DNA of 64,000 nt from Candidatus Spongiisociaceae bacterium (GCA_965262915.1 OZ253564.1:768001-832000), one strand, 5' to 3'; shown: positions 39,519-50,392, numbered from the stretch's first letter. Program-made: numbers and translations. The notes: generated by a model from the letters alone, not told the origin.

Positions 39519-41489
39519 ATGGCAGACCACCCGAACCGACGATCTAGACAGCGCGGAAGGAGACGATTCTCCGGCCCGGTATCCGCCCTTGCCCTGCTAC
39601 TGGCGCTAGCCCTGGTAGCGGCGGCCTGCGGCGGCGAGGAGGACACGACGGCCGCGGACGAAGCAGCCGCGGCGCAGGCACAAGCGGCTGCTGCGCAGGC
39701 AGACGCGACCGCGGCCCAGGCAGATGCCGATGCGGCCGCGGCGGCGCTGGCCCAGGCACAAGCCGATCTGGAAGCCGCCCAGGCGGCCGCCTCCGAAGCC
39801 ATGGAGGGTGATGAGGCCGCCCAGGCCGAGCTGTCCGACAGGCTCGCAGACGCCGAGGCAGCCCTGGAGGAAGCCGAGATGGCCGCCGAGGCAGCCATGA
39901 AGGCCGCCGAGGCAGCCGAAGCAGCCGCGGCAGCCGAAGCAGCCGCGGCGACTACCACCACCGAAGCGATGATGGCCGAGGAGATGGGCACGGTCACCAT
40001 CGCGGTACCGACCGACATCGCCACGTTCGATCCCAACGGTGTGACCGGGGTCCGCGACCTGGATATGTACATCAACCTTTACTCCGGGTTGACCCGCCAC
40101 AGCGTGATCCCGTCGTCGATGGCCGAGGGTCACTACGAGTGGGACCGGGTAGAGGTCGAGCCCAACCTGGCCGAATCGATCGATATATCGGACGACGGCA
40201 CGGTTTACACCTTCAAGATCCACGAGGGCCTCAGCTTCCCGAGCGGGAACCCCTTGAGCGCCAAGGACTTCCACTACTCGTGGGAACGGGGCCTGGCCCA
40301 CACCGGCAGCATCACCGACTTCGAACTCGGCGTGGCCGAGATCTCCGATATGAACCAGGTGCAGTTGCTGGACGACTACACGTTGCAGGTGACCCTGCCG
40401 CGGCCGAACCCCAGAATCCTGCGAGTGTTCTCCCTGTCGGTCATGTCGGCCGTCGACTCCGAACTGCTCAAGTCGCAGGCGACCGAGGACGACCCCTGGG
40501 CTGACAATTACGCCCGGAGCAACCCGGCCGGATACGGTCCGTACATGCTGGTCGAACGTGACGTCGGTACCAGGATGGTGTTCGAGCCCAATCCCGGCTG
40601 GTGGGACCCGGAGTCTGCCGGCAGGTCGAAGATCATCTACCAGGTGGTGCCTGAGGAGGTGCAGCGCCTGTTGCTCGTCCAGCAGGGCGCCATCGATCTC
40701 GCCTACGCAATGTCGGCCCGCACCGCCCAGAGAGCCGGCGACAACGTGCAGGTTCTGGACTTCCCGACGTTCGCCCAGCGGTACCTGGGTCTGAACCAGA
40801 CCAAGGCGCCATACAACGACCTCAAGGTTCGTCAGGCGATCGCCTGGGCGATCGACTACGATCGGATCATCGCCGAGGTCTACTTCGGTAGCTCCCAGCG
40901 CCTTCTCAGTCCGTTCCCGACCGGCCACGAAGGATGGGTCGACTCCTGGCCGTACAGTCAGGACATCGAGAAGGCAAAGGCCCTCTTGGCCGAGGCCGGA
41001 TATCCCGACGGGTTCGACGCCGAGATGCTGGTCTACGGCGACCTGCCCGAGATCGAGGCGGCCACGGTGCTCATCCAGAGCGACCTGAAGCAAATCGGGA
41101 TCAATCTCGGGGCCCGCAGCGTCACCGGAGCGGAGTTCTTCGGGCTCGTCAGCCCGGGGACGGACGATTTCGACATGGCGATCATCCCCTGCACCCCCTG
41201 GTTGCCCGAGGTGTGGTACACGTCGAACCTGCTGCTCCATTCGGGGACAACGTGTTCCATTACGTACAACAACCCCGTGGTGGACCAACTGGTCGCGGAC
41301 ATGAAGACGGCGGCCACTACCGAGGAGGCGATCCTCCCGGCACAGAGGGCGCAGGCTTTGTGGGAGGAGGACATCGGTTTCATCCCGATCGCCCAGCCCA
41401 ACCAGATCCAGATCCTGAGCAAGGACCTGAAGGGATTCCTGCTGACCAATGAGGACGAGTCGGTGTACTTCGCCTTCCTTGAAAAGTAA
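39519..41489 (+). CDS. Family-5 ABC substrate-binding lipoprotein with an Ala/Glu-rich stalk
   Basis: Lipobox AAAC, about 110-aa A/E/Q helical region, EPNLAES...YTFKI, GYGPY, VRQAIAWAID, AKALLAEAG. Confidence 0.92.
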   Translation: MADHPNRRSRQRGRRRFSGPVSALALLLALALVAAACGGEEDTTAADEAAAAQAQAAAAQADATAAQADADAAAAALAQAQADLEAAQAAASEAMEGDEAAQAELSDRLADAEAALEEAEMAAEAAMKAAEAAEAAAAAEAAAATTTTEAMMAEEMGTVTIAVPTDIATFDPNGVTGVRDLDMYINLYSGLTRHSVIPSSMAEGHYEWDRVEVEPNLAESIDISDDGTVYTFKIHEGLSFPSGNPLSAKDFHYSWERGLAHTGSITDFELGVAEISDMNQVQLLDDYTLQVTLPRPNPRILRVFSLSVMSAVDSELLKSQATEDDPWADNYARSNPAGYGPYMLVERDVGTRMVFEPNPGWWDPESAGRSKIIYQVVPEEVQRLLLVQQGAIDLAYAMSARTAQRAGDNVQVLDFPTFAQRYLGLNQTKAPYNDLKVRQAIAWAIDYDRIIAEVYFGSSQRLLSPFPTGHEGWVDSWPYSQDIEKAKALLAEAGYPDGFDAEMLVYGDLPEIEAATVLIQSDLKQIGINLGARSVTGAEFFGLVSPGTDDFDMAIIPCTPWLPEVWYTSNLLLHSGTTCSITYNNPVVDQLVADMKTAATTEEAILPAQRAQALWEEDIGFIPIAQPNQIQILSKDLKGFLLTNEDESVYFAFLEK

Positions 41490-41507
41490 TAGGACGCAAA
41501 CTCAGGC

Positions 41508-41542
41508 GGGATGGGTCCGGGCTCGATACCCGGGCCCATCCC
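41508..41542 (+). terminator. GC-rich stem-loop after the SBP gene
   Basis: GGGATGGGTCCGGG / CCCGGGCCCATCCC 14-bp stem with no U tract; may stabilise mRNA or attenuate. Confidence 0.6.
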
Positions 41543-41566
41543 CTCGTACCCGCTAACTTGTAGAAG

Positions 41567-42586
41567 ATGAGGAACCTCTCCCTGTTCGTGGGGAAACGGC
41601 TGTTGCTAGTCGTTCCCATGCTGTTCCTCGTCAGCATCTTCACGTTCATCATGCTGCGGGCGATGCCGGGCAGCGCGGTGGAACTGATCGCCGGCCCGTT
41701 CCGGACCCCGGAGAGAGTGGCGTTGATAACCCGCCAGTTGGGCCTCGACAAACCGTTGGTGGAGCAGTATGTGATCTGGATGGGGGACCTGCTGCGCGGC
41801 GACCTCGGGATAGCGTGGCACACGGGTCAGCCGGTTACGACCGACTTGGCCGCCCGCATCCCCGCATCGGTCGAGTTGGCGTTCCTGGCTCTGCTGATAG
41901 CGGTGCCTTTGGGCGTCGTCACCGGAGTCTTAGCGGCCCGTTACCGCGACAGCATCGGCGACTTCGGGCTTCGTCTGTTCTCGCTGGGCGCGATTGCCAC
42001 ACCTGAATTCCTGTTCGGGATATTCGCGATCTGGTTCTTCTTCTTCGTGCTCAACTGGGCGCCTCCACCTCTTGGCAGGATCGAGTTCGGGATATCCCCG
42101 CCCGAAGCCATCACCGGGCTCTATATCGTCGATAGCCTGTTGACCCGGAACACCGAGGCGCTGGTGTCGTCGCTCCGCATGATCGCCCTCCCCGCCATCA
42201 GCTTGGGGATCATCCTCTCCGGGGGGTTCCAGCGTTTCGTCCGGGCGACCATGATCGAGTCCCTCAGCACGGATGCGGTGCTCTCGTCCCGGGGCCACGG
42301 GCTGCCCAACCGGCTGATCTTCTACAAGTACGCGCTGAAGCACGCGCTGCTGGTGGTGGTGCCGGTCTTCGGCATCGTGGTGGCCTTCGCCATCGGCGGT
42401 CTGGTGGCGACCGAGATAATCTTCTCGTGGCCGGGTGTGGGCCGCTACGCCATCGAGGCAGGTCGCAAGGCCGACCTCAATGCCGTCCAGGGCTTCGTGC
42501 TCTTCTCGGTCGTGCTCTACGTCGCTCTTAACCTCTTCGTCGACATCGTCCAGGCGATCATCGACCCGAGGATCGAGTACCGATGA
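41567..42586 (+). CDS. Peptide/nickel ABC permease (DppB-like)
   Basis: LGLDKPL..QY, GDLG, EIIFSWPGVG. Confidence 0.92.
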   Translation: MRNLSLFVGKRLLLVVPMLFLVSIFTFIMLRAMPGSAVELIAGPFRTPERVALITRQLGLDKPLVEQYVIWMGDLLRGDLGIAWHTGQPVTTDLAARIPASVELAFLALLIAVPLGVVTGVLAARYRDSIGDFGLRLFSLGAIATPEFLFGIFAIWFFFFVLNWAPPPLGRIEFGISPPEAITGLYIVDSLLTRNTEALVSSLRMIALPAISLGIILSGGFQRFVRATMIESLSTDAVLSSRGHGLPNRLIFYKYALKHALLVVVPVFGIVVAFAIGGLVATEIIFSWPGVGRYAIEAGRKADLNAVQGFVLFSVVLYVALNLFVDIVQAIIDPRIEYR

Positions 42587-43452
42587 CGGTCGCCGCTCGG
42601 ACGGAGGAACGGGCGAGCCTCGCCGTCCGGTTGAGGCGGATCCGGCGCTACCCGTCGCTCGTGGTCGGCGTCATCATTTTCTCCCCGATCCTGCTGGGTT
42701 CGATCATCGTGCCCTTCATCAGCCCTCACGGTGCCACGGAGACGGTGGCGGGCCGCCAGTTGCTGCCACCCAACTCCGAACACCTCTTCGGTACCGACCT
42801 GTACGGCATGGACATCATGACCCGCATCTTCGCCGGAGGCCGATACGACCTGTTCGTGGCGATAGTCGCCGCGGCGATCGGCATGAGCATCGGGGTGATC
42901 ATCGGGGGCTTCTCCGGATATGTCGGCGGGAGGGTGGACGAGTTCATCAGCCGGGTGATAGAAGCCCTCCAGGCATTCCCGCCCTTCATCATCGCCCTGG
43001 CGGTCGTCTCGGTGCTGGGTCACTCGGTGGTGGTCCTGACCGGGGTCATCTCCCTGGTTCAGCTCACCTACTACGTGCGGACCATGCGGGCCCAGGCCTT
43101 CTCCATCCGGGAACGGGCCTTTGTCGAGAGTGCCCGGGCCATAGGACTGCGAACTCCCGCCATCGTGTTGCGCCACATCATTCCCAACGGGGTGCGACCG
43201 TTGATCATCCAGCTGATGATCAACGTGGGAGGCGCCATCCTGCTCATCTCGCTGCTCGGCTTCCTCGGCCTCGGAGCACAGGTCCCAACCCCCGAGTGGG
43301 GCTCGATGATCTCGATCGGTCTCGAGTCGGCCGTCACGGGTGAGTGGTGGGTATGGCTGTTCCCCGGCTCGGCGATCATCCTCACGGTTGTCTCGCTAAA
43401 CCTGATCGGCGACGGGCTGCGCGACGTACTCGACCCCCGCCAGGGCGGTTAG
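42583..43452 (+). CDS. Peptide/nickel ABC permease (DppC-like)
   Basis: HLFGTDLYG.D, FVESARAIG, PEWG, GDGLRDVLDP. Confidence 0.92.
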   Translation: MTVAARTEERASLAVRLRRIRRYPSLVVGVIIFSPILLGSIIVPFISPHGATETVAGRQLLPPNSEHLFGTDLYGMDIMTRIFAGGRYDLFVAIVAAAIGMSIGVIIGGFSGYVGGRVDEFISRVIEALQAFPPFIIALAVVSVLGHSVVVLTGVISLVQLTYYVRTMRAQAFSIRERAFVESARAIGLRTPAIVLRHIIPNGVRPLIIQLMINVGGAILLISLLGFLGLGAQVPTPEWGSMISIGLESAVTGEWWVWLFPGSAIILTVVSLNLIGDGLRDVLDPRQGG

Positions 43453-43456
43453 CGAT

Positions 43457-44410
43457 ATGCCACTGCTCTCGATCCGCGATCTCGACATCGAACTGCGTCA
43501 CCAGGAACGCTTCGGCTACGCGGTGCGGGGCCTCACCCTCGATGTCGAGGCCGGTGAGATCGTGGGGCTGGTAGGCGAGTCGGGTTCGGGGAAGAGCCTC
43601 ACCGCCCGGGCGGTGATGGGGCTTCTCCCGAGTGCGGCGTCAGCGAGCAAGGGCGAGATCATCTTCGACGGGGTGGACCTCTTGACCCTTGACGAGGTGG
43701 AGATGGAGCAGGTGCGCGGTCGCCGGATCGGGATCATGTTCCAGAATCCTAGGGAGAGCCTCAACCCGGTTTTCACGGTGGGCGACCAGTTGCGGACCAT
43801 ATACAGGAGGATCCGGGGCCACGACAAGCGCAAGGCTCGGAAGGAGTCGCGCCGGATGCTGCTGTCGCTGGGTCTGCGGGAGGTGGATCGTGTCCTGGCC
43901 AGCTATCCCCACCAGCTCAGCGGCGGCATGGCCCAGCGAGCCCTGCTGGCCCTGACGCTGGCATGCGACCCGGAACTGCTCATCGCCGACGAGCCCGCCA
44001 CCGGCCTCGACGCGGCTACCCAGACTCGCCTGTTCGTCGAGATCGGTCGCGTCATCAAGGAGACCGGTAAGACAGCCATCGTGATAACCCACGACATCAG
44101 CCTGGTCAGCGGGATATGCGACTCGGTGGCGGTCATGTACAGCGGCCAGATCGTCGAGCGGGGTACGGTCACCGACGTGGGCGCCCGACCCCTGCACCCG
44201 TATTCGAACGGCCTGCTGGCTGCGGCCGAGTTCGCCGACGAAGGCGGGCGGGCCAGCTTCATTCCCGGCGCTCCCCCGGATCCGTTCATGCCCACCGGCG
44301 GATGTCCCTTCCACCCCCGCTGCCCCAAGGCGTTCGAGCCCTGCCCCGATGTGGTGCCCATCGCGACCTCCACCGAGGGCCGGCAAGTGAGGTGTCACCT
44401 TTATGAGTGA
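43457..44410 (+). CDS. Peptide ABC ATP-binding protein (DppD-like)
   Basis: GESGSGKS, LSGGM, ADEP, GCPFHPRC. Confidence 0.93.
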   Translation: MPLLSIRDLDIELRHQERFGYAVRGLTLDVEAGEIVGLVGESGSGKSLTARAVMGLLPSAASASKGEIIFDGVDLLTLDEVEMEQVRGRRIGIMFQNPRESLNPVFTVGDQLRTIYRRIRGHDKRKARKESRRMLLSLGLREVDRVLASYPHQLSGGMAQRALLALTLACDPELLIADEPATGLDAATQTRLFVEIGRVIKETGKTAIVITHDISLVSGICDSVAVMYSGQIVERGTVTDVGARPLHPYSNGLLAAAEFADEGGRASFIPGAPPDPFMPTGGCPFHPRCPKAFEPCPDVVPIATSTEGRQVRCHLYE

Positions 44411-45419
44411 TCTACTCGAGGTGCAGGGCCTGACCAAGGTCTTCGCAGGGGCCGGTACGTTCTGGTCGCGTCGGGCTCCGACGATTGCGGTCGAGGACGT
44501 GTCGATCCGCCTCGGGAAGGGAGAAACCCTGGCCGTCGTCGGCGAGTCCGGCAGCGGGAAGACCACGCTGGGTCGCTGCATCCTCCGGCTGATCGAGCCC
44601 ACCGAGGGCGTGGTGGTCTTCGAGGGAACCAACATCCTTCCGCTGCGAACAAAGGACTTGAAGGGATTCCGCCGCAAGGCGCAGATGGTGTTCCAGAACC
44701 CGCAGGGCTCGCTGGACCCGCGGATGCGGGTGGCCTCCATCGTGGCCCAGCCGATCAAACACCATGAGGGCCTCTCCGGTTCCGAGTTGGAACGCCGGGT
44801 TCTCGAGGCGCTGCGGGCTGTGGGACTGGGAGAGTCCGACCTGCCCAAGTACCCCCACGAGATGAGCGGCGGCCAGCAGCAGCGGGTAGCCATCGCCCGG
44901 GCCATCGCCACCCGTCCCGACCTCCTGGTGCTCGACGAACCCACCTCCGCCCTGGACGCCTCCATCCAGGGCCAGATCATCGCCCTGCTGGACGACCTTC
45001 GGGATGCGTACGAGATGAGCTACCTGTTCATCTCCCACGACCTGCGGTTGGTGCGGGCCCACTCCGATCGGACCGCCGTCATGTACAAGGGAAGGCTTAT
45101 GGAACTGGGATCGACGGCAGATGTGTTCGCCGATCCGAGGCACCCCTACATGCGGCTACTCGAGGAGTTGATCCCCACCGTGCCGGCCAACCCCCTCGCC
45201 CCGGCCGCGGCCACCTTCCTCATGGACGACACCTCCGACCGCCCCGACGTGGGGTGCGTGTTCAGGAACCGCTGCCCGGCCGTGACCAGCGAATGCGAGT
45301 CCCCCCAGGAGCTGACTCCGTCGGATGCCGACCACCGGGCCGCGTGCTGGCGCCACACCGACCCCGGCTTCGACCGCGAATGGGAACGCCTCATAGGAGA
45401 CGCCCTGAAGGATCTGTGA
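44403..45419 (+). CDS. Peptide ABC ATP-binding protein (DppF-like)
   Basis: [33 protein letters not shown]. Confidence 0.93.
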   Translation: MSDLLEVQGLTKVFAGAGTFWSRRAPTIAVEDVSIRLGKGETLAVVGESGSGKTTLGRCILRLIEPTEGVVVFEGTNILPLRTKDLKGFRRKAQMVFQNPQGSLDPRMRVASIVAQPIKHHEGLSGSELERRVLEALRAVGLGESDLPKYPHEMSGGQQQRVAIARAIATRPDLLVLDEPTSALDASIQGQIIALLDDLRDAYEMSYLFISHDLRLVRAHSDRTAVMYKGRLMELGSTADVFADPRHPYMRLLEELIPTVPANPLAPAAATFLMDDTSDRPDVGCVFRNRCPAVTSECESPQELTPSDADHRAACWRHTDPGFDREWERLIGDALKDL

Positions 45420-45481
45420 TTGGTGGTGGGTGGTTCCCCGTAGCCGGTCACCCGTCGTTACACGGACGCCGCAATGGCCCT

Positions 45482-45830
45482 CTATTTGCCCAGCGTGCGT
45501 CGCATCAGGTCCTGGAGGGTCACTGCCAGGGATTTGTCGAGCTAGCTGTGTAGTTCCTCGATTCGATCTTCGATGGTCTCGTGGTAGGAGAAGGTGGAGG
45601 GTTCCCAAGATGTCTCGACAAGGGTCGCGTCGGGCCGCGTACTCCTCGCCTCGTATCCGGATGCTCCCGCACGAGGTGATAGCCATGACCCCGGGATAGG
45701 CGCTGACCACATGGTGAGACTTGAAGGAGACATAAGTGCTCGGCCCGCTTGGCGGTCTTTGTCATCTCGCGGCGCCACCACCTCACCCTGGGATCGAAGG
45801 CGTGGATGGGTCCGTCCACACGCGATCCCG
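45482..45830 (-). pseudogene. Decayed C-terminal remnant of a paralogue of the Fic gene at 58115
   Basis: FDPRVRWWRREMTKTAKRAEH and VETSWEPSTFSYHETIEDRIEELHS*LDKSLAVTLQDLMRRTLGK* match the Fic C-terminus; internal TAG at 45542-45544. Confidence 0.85.
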
Positions 45831-46006
45831 CTGTCCGGCTGCGGGGAACTCCTGTCGGATATCAAGCCAGTCCTCTCGAAACCAGTCGCATATGTCCTTG
45901 AGAAACTAGGCCCACTACAGCCAGCACCAGCCAGCCACGTCCCGAACCAGCCGACACTCAGCAATCGGTGCCCGTGGCCGGTAGCGTGTAACCGCCTATT
46001 GCGATC

Positions 46007-47323
46007 TTAACCAAGCCTTGAAGCGTGGGATCGCTCGTGGTTTTTGCCGTTCAGAGCAACAGCCAATGTCGGGACGTCTTCCATCCGCAGGTTGGATAGG
46101 GTGACGCGAACGCCAGGGGCAGAGTTCTGCCGGTACCGTTGACCGGACCTGATCGCGAAGCCTGCCTTCGCAGCCGCTGCCACTGAAGCTGCCTCGTCTT
46201 GAACGCTGACCCAGACGTTCATACCCGAGACCCCATATGCCACTACACCCTCAGCACCGAGTTCCTCTATCAAGGCCGATTGTCGTCTTCGATACGCGTG
46301 GGCGCTCTCCTTGACCTGGGCCATGGCCTCGTTATCACCAAGGACCAGGGCAACGGCCCGTTGCAGGATTCGGCTGACCCAACCTTGGCCCACTTGCTGG
46401 CGCGTCTGAATACGATCCAGTGTCAGTGAGTCGCCGACCGACCACGCCACGCGCAGGTCCGCACCAAGCGGTTTCGTCGCGGACTGAACCAGCAACCAAG
46501 CGTGTCGATCCGTTGTCACGACGTTGAGAGGGCTCGATTCGCACAGTGCGAAGTAGTCATCCTCGATGATGAGAAGGTCGGGCATCGGGTCGATGACCTC
46601 CCGTAGCTCTCGAGCTCGTTGCTCGGTCCGCATGGAGCCGAATGGATTCTGTGCCCTCGGTGTCGAGATCACGGCTTGCACGCCTCGAATCACAGCCTGG
46701 AGCGCCCGTGGGTCCATACCGGCGTCATCGACGGGTACAGGGACTGCCCGAAAGCCGAGGGTGGCGACCAAGCTGCGCAACCACGGATAGCCGGGGTCTT
46801 CGAGAGCAACCGCCGCGCCCCGCCTGAGGTGAGCCTCAAGTGCTCTCTCGACGGCATCGAGAGCACCGCTCGTTACCACGATCCGATCTGCATCGACGCC
46901 GTCCTCAGCCAGAAGCGAGACCGCCTTCTCATGCAGCATCGAGTCAATGGCCTCGGCGCCGAAACCGGCGGCAGCGTGGGATGCCAGGCCGAGATACTTG
47001 CTGAGGTCCGGGAGAAAGGCACCGTCCGGATTACCCGAGGCCAGGTCTATCAGATCACTCTGTACCTCGGATTCGATGTTGTGGGACAGGGCAACGTCGC
47101 CGGCAACGAATGTCCCTCGCCGTCCCATCGAGACGATCAGGCCCCGATCGGCGAGCCGGCGGTATGCAGCTGCCGCTGTTGTCGGGGAGAGACCGAATCG
47201 CGCTGCCGCGGCTCTTATGGGCTCCAGGCGGTGGCCCGGCGCGGAGGTCCCGTCGACGATTTGCTTTTCGATGAGTTGCTCAAGATCGCGAGCAGACCGA
47301 ATGTTGGGCTCTCTGGGAGACAT
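46007..47323 (-). CDS. MocR/GabR-subfamily GntR regulator (PtsJ-like)
   Basis: N-terminal wHTH (AAAYRRL..GRRGTFV) and aminotransferase domain (DLASGNPD, EDPGY, TPRAQNPFG, IEDD). Confidence 0.92.
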   Translation of the reverse strand: MSPREPNIRSARDLEQLIEKQIVDGTSAPGHRLEPIRAAAARFGLSPTTAAAAYRRLADRGLIVSMGRRGTFVAGDVALSHNIESEVQSDLIDLASGNPDGAFLPDLSKYLGLASHAAAGFGAEAIDSMLHEKAVSLLAEDGVDADRIVVTSGALDAVERALEAHLRRGAAVALEDPGYPWLRSLVATLGFRAVPVPVDDAGMDPRALQAVIRGVQAVISTPRAQNPFGSMRTEQRARELREVIDPMPDLLIIEDDYFALCESSPLNVVTTDRHAWLLVQSATKPLGADLRVAWSVGDSLTLDRIQTRQQVGQGWVSRILQRAVALVLGDNEAMAQVKESAHAYRRRQSALIEELGAEGVVAYGVSGMNVWVSVQDEAASVAAAAKAGFAIRSGQRYRQNSAPGVRVTLSNLRMEDVPTLAVALNGKNHERSHASRLG

Positions 47324-47479
47324 GCTCAGGATTTATAGCAAGTGTCGCGCGGCATTCGTAACGCGCACCGCCTTCGGCTCCCGCAAACGGTGTAGGCGCC
47401 AGCTTGCGCTTCCGAGGGAGGCGCCGTCGTGCTCGCTCATGTTCTTTTGAGTTGCGTCTCGCACAACCCACCGGTACGA

Positions 47480-47515
47480 TTGCGCTGGTACAAACACTCG
47501 GACGTAGTGATACAA
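47480..47515. promoter_or_regulatory. Candidate MocR operator in the divergent intergenic region
   Basis: Imperfect palindrome TTGCGCTGGTACAA with a repeated half-site GATACAA 22 bp downstream. Confidence 0.3.
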
Positions 47516-47548
47516 CTAGGACCGGTGTCTTCTCGATAGAAAGGGAAC

Positions 47549-48523
47549 ATGCTGGGCGATGTGCACGTAGTTCTCACGCTTGACTGCGAGAGGCCAACAT
47601 CAGAGACCGACCCGAGGGCGAGCGGTCCACCGAGTTACGCCGCCGGTATCGAGTCGACGCACGGCTATGTGAGGACCGCCGAGTCCAGGGGGTATCCAGT
47701 TTCCCTCTTCGTGCATCCCGAGGTGGCAGTTTCCGACCCGGTGGTGTTCAAGCAATTCGAAGCGGACGGACACACACTCGGACTTCACCTCCATCCGTGG
47801 CGATTCTCCGATGGAAAGTACGGTGCCGAGCTGGGCGGGCTGCCCGATAACGATGCACGGGCTGTGATCGCTGAAGCCACCGCTGTCTGGCAATCCGCGC
47901 TCGGATACCGACCAAAGCTGTTTAGGGCCGGGGCTGCGTCCGCGAACGACTCCACATTTCGCATTCTCTCAGAGCTGGGATTCGAAGGTGGATCCACGAC
48001 GATTCCGGGACGGGTCTATCCCGACATTCATGCCATCTGGGCAGGCAGCGATCCGGACCCTCATCGGGCAAACGCCGTTCTTAGACAGCTTCCTGGAGAT
48101 CTTGACTTCGCTGAGATGCCGATCTCAGTGGATCTATCGCGACAGGTCCACAAGAACGGTCGTCGTTTCCACTGGGAATTGAGGCCAGACTGGGATGTCA
48201 ACTACGACGACGTTGCGTTCAACATTCTAAGTCAAGTCACGGCCCGCGAGGCCGATGTGCCGGTGATCAATATGGTCACCCACAACGATCACAACTTCGC
48301 CGACCCGAACGACCCTTACTCAGTGTCGTTCTCATCGATCATCGACGCTATCGAGAAAGCATGTGACAGGGCACAGTTGACACCCATAGCGTCGACGGTC
48401 CAGCGCGTCGTGGATCTAACTCTGAGACTGCCTCCAAGACAACTACCCCTAAACAAGGCCAGTGGAAAGGTCATCGAGGAGACTGGCGAGTTTGTCGACG
48501 TGGATATGACACGAGTCCTGTGA
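47549..48523 (+). CDS. Polysaccharide deacetylase family protein
   Basis: TLDCE, LGLHLHP, FRAG, THN. Confidence 0.72.
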   Translation: MLGDVHVVLTLDCERPTSETDPRASGPPSYAAGIESTHGYVRTAESRGYPVSLFVHPEVAVSDPVVFKQFEADGHTLGLHLHPWRFSDGKYGAELGGLPDNDARAVIAEATAVWQSALGYRPKLFRAGAASANDSTFRILSELGFEGGSTTIPGRVYPDIHAIWAGSDPDPHRANAVLRQLPGDLDFAEMPISVDLSRQVHKNGRRFHWELRPDWDVNYDDVAFNILSQVTAREADVPVINMVTHNDHNFADPNDPYSVSFSSIIDAIEKACDRAQLTPIASTVQRVVDLTLRLPPRQLPLNKASGKVIEETGEFVDVDMTRVL

Positions 48524-48567
48524 TGTCTGACAAGTCCCGGAGACGTGCTACGAAAGGAAGCCGAACT

Positions 48568-50301
48568 ATGACGAATCTACGAACCAGATCCACTGCAAGC
48601 AGGAGAGTAGGTGCTCGACCGAAGACTTGGTGGGTGTCGAGTCTTGTAGTGGCCCTGGTCATGGTGGCGGCCGCCTGCGGCGATGACTCCACGTCGACCA
48701 CAACGACTGCTGGCGTCGTGACCACCGGCGATGTCACGACCACCGCAACTGCAACGGCCCCCGCTTCCGACACCACCTCCGCTTCCGACACGGCGACCAC
48801 CGTTAGCGAGCCCACCGACGGACCGCAAGGAACCCTGAGGATTGCGGTATCCCGGTTCCAATTCGAGACGCTGGACCCGGCCGAGGCTGGACCGGCGACG
48901 CATGGCTATTGGGATCCGATATACGACTACATGTTCGACGTCGATGGAGACGAGATCCAGCCCGGCCTCGTCGAAGAGTGGAGGAATTCCGAGGACGGCC
49001 TGACCTGGGTGTTCCAGGTGCGTCAAGGTGCCAAATGGCACAACGGGCGTGAAGTCGACGCCGAAGATATCAAGTGGAACTTCGACTGGATGCAAACACG
49101 GCAGCACGATACCGCGACCATTCTCAGGGACGTTTTGGAGAGCGTCGAGGTCAGTGGACCATTCGAAGTGACGGTCAAGTTGAGCCAACCGGTGCCCTTG
49201 ATCCTCGACTGGTTGTCGGCGACCAACTCGTACTCCCTCGTGCCGCGAGAGTACAACGACATGACCACTACGGAGTGGCTCAACAATCCTATCGGCAGTG
49301 GTCCTTGGAGTTATGTCGACCACTCGGTCGGGGAGTTCGTAAGGTATGAGGCTGTCGGGGAGCATTGGAGGAAGGTTCCCGAGTTCAAAGAACTCGTCAT
49401 GACGGTTGTCCCTGAGGACTCCACCCGACTCGCGATGCTCGTCCAGGGAGATGTTGATCTCATCGATGCTCCTCTCTCGTTCGTTCCGGAAGTGGAAGCC
49501 TCCAGCGCCAACCTAAAGACCATCTCCGTCAAGCAAGCAGTCTCGGCGGGTATCTACTTCACCGGCGTATACCAAGATGCAACGGAGGCTCCTGCATACG
49601 ATCCAGATCGTCCATGGGCTAAGAAGGAGGTTCGCGAAGCCCTCAACCTAGCGGTGGACAAGCAGGCGATCATCGACACGATCTTGTTCGGCGAGGGTCA
49701 ACTGGCAGTCGTGGCGAGCGTCCTCCCCTGGCAACTTGGATGGAGCGATTCGTGGGCACCCCACCCGTACGATCCGGATCGGGCGAAGCAGTTGCTGACG
49801 GAAGCCGGCTATCCAGATGGCTTCTCGGTAACTGTCCACGCTTATCCGCGACCGGGAATCCCTGACCTGCCACTGGTCATCGAGGCAGTTGCGGCTGACT
49901 GGGCCCGGCTGGGTCTTGATGTCGAGATCTTCCCGTCGGACTGGCCCGGCATTGCCAGGCCGTTGGTTCGCGGTGGAGAAGCGGACTTCTTGCTCGGCCA
50001 CTCGCTGGGCGTATTCCCCCCCAATCTTGATCGTGTCCTGTGGAGAGCGCCTAACAGGTACTTTGAGACCTCTGAGTTGATCAACTCGGCTCTTGATGCT
50101 CTCGAGAGCGCTCAGACCCGGGAAGAGGTCGCAGACGCCATCGGTCGCGTTGGCGATGCTGTGATCGAGGAATTCGCTTGGGTACCGGTTGCCATCGTCA
50201 ACCAGCTCTACGTAGCGAACGGCGATACGATCGGCGATGCTCCGATCATGGCCCACGCTGGCGGATTGAACCATCTCGAGTACGTGACACACTCACCGTA
50301 A
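48568..50301 (+). CDS. Family-5 ABC substrate-binding lipoprotein
   Basis: Lipobox AAAC, Thr-rich linker, PGLVEEW, PIGSGPW, VREALNLAVD, AKQLLTEAG. Confidence 0.92.
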   Translation: MTNLRTRSTASRRVGARPKTWWVSSLVVALVMVAAACGDDSTSTTTTAGVVTTGDVTTTATATAPASDTTSASDTATTVSEPTDGPQGTLRIAVSRFQFETLDPAEAGPATHGYWDPIYDYMFDVDGDEIQPGLVEEWRNSEDGLTWVFQVRQGAKWHNGREVDAEDIKWNFDWMQTRQHDTATILRDVLESVEVSGPFEVTVKLSQPVPLILDWLSATNSYSLVPREYNDMTTTEWLNNPIGSGPWSYVDHSVGEFVRYEAVGEHWRKVPEFKELVMTVVPEDSTRLAMLVQGDVDLIDAPLSFVPEVEASSANLKTISVKQAVSAGIYFTGVYQDATEAPAYDPDRPWAKKEVREALNLAVDKQAIIDTILFGEGQLAVVASVLPWQLGWSDSWAPHPYDPDRAKQLLTEAGYPDGFSVTVHAYPRPGIPDLPLVIEAVAADWARLGLDVEIFPSDWPGIARPLVRGGEADFLLGHSLGVFPPNLDRVLWRAPNRYFETSELINSALDALESAQTREEVADAIGRVGDAVIEEFAWVPVAIVNQLYVANGDTIGDAPIMAHAGGLNHLEYVTHSP

Positions 50302-50392
50302 CCGAGAAGGTACTCCGCTATGAACTCGGCCTTGGGTGCTCCGGTCATGCCGGGGGACCCAAGGTGACGAGTACCCTGTCCCCGAAGCAGCC

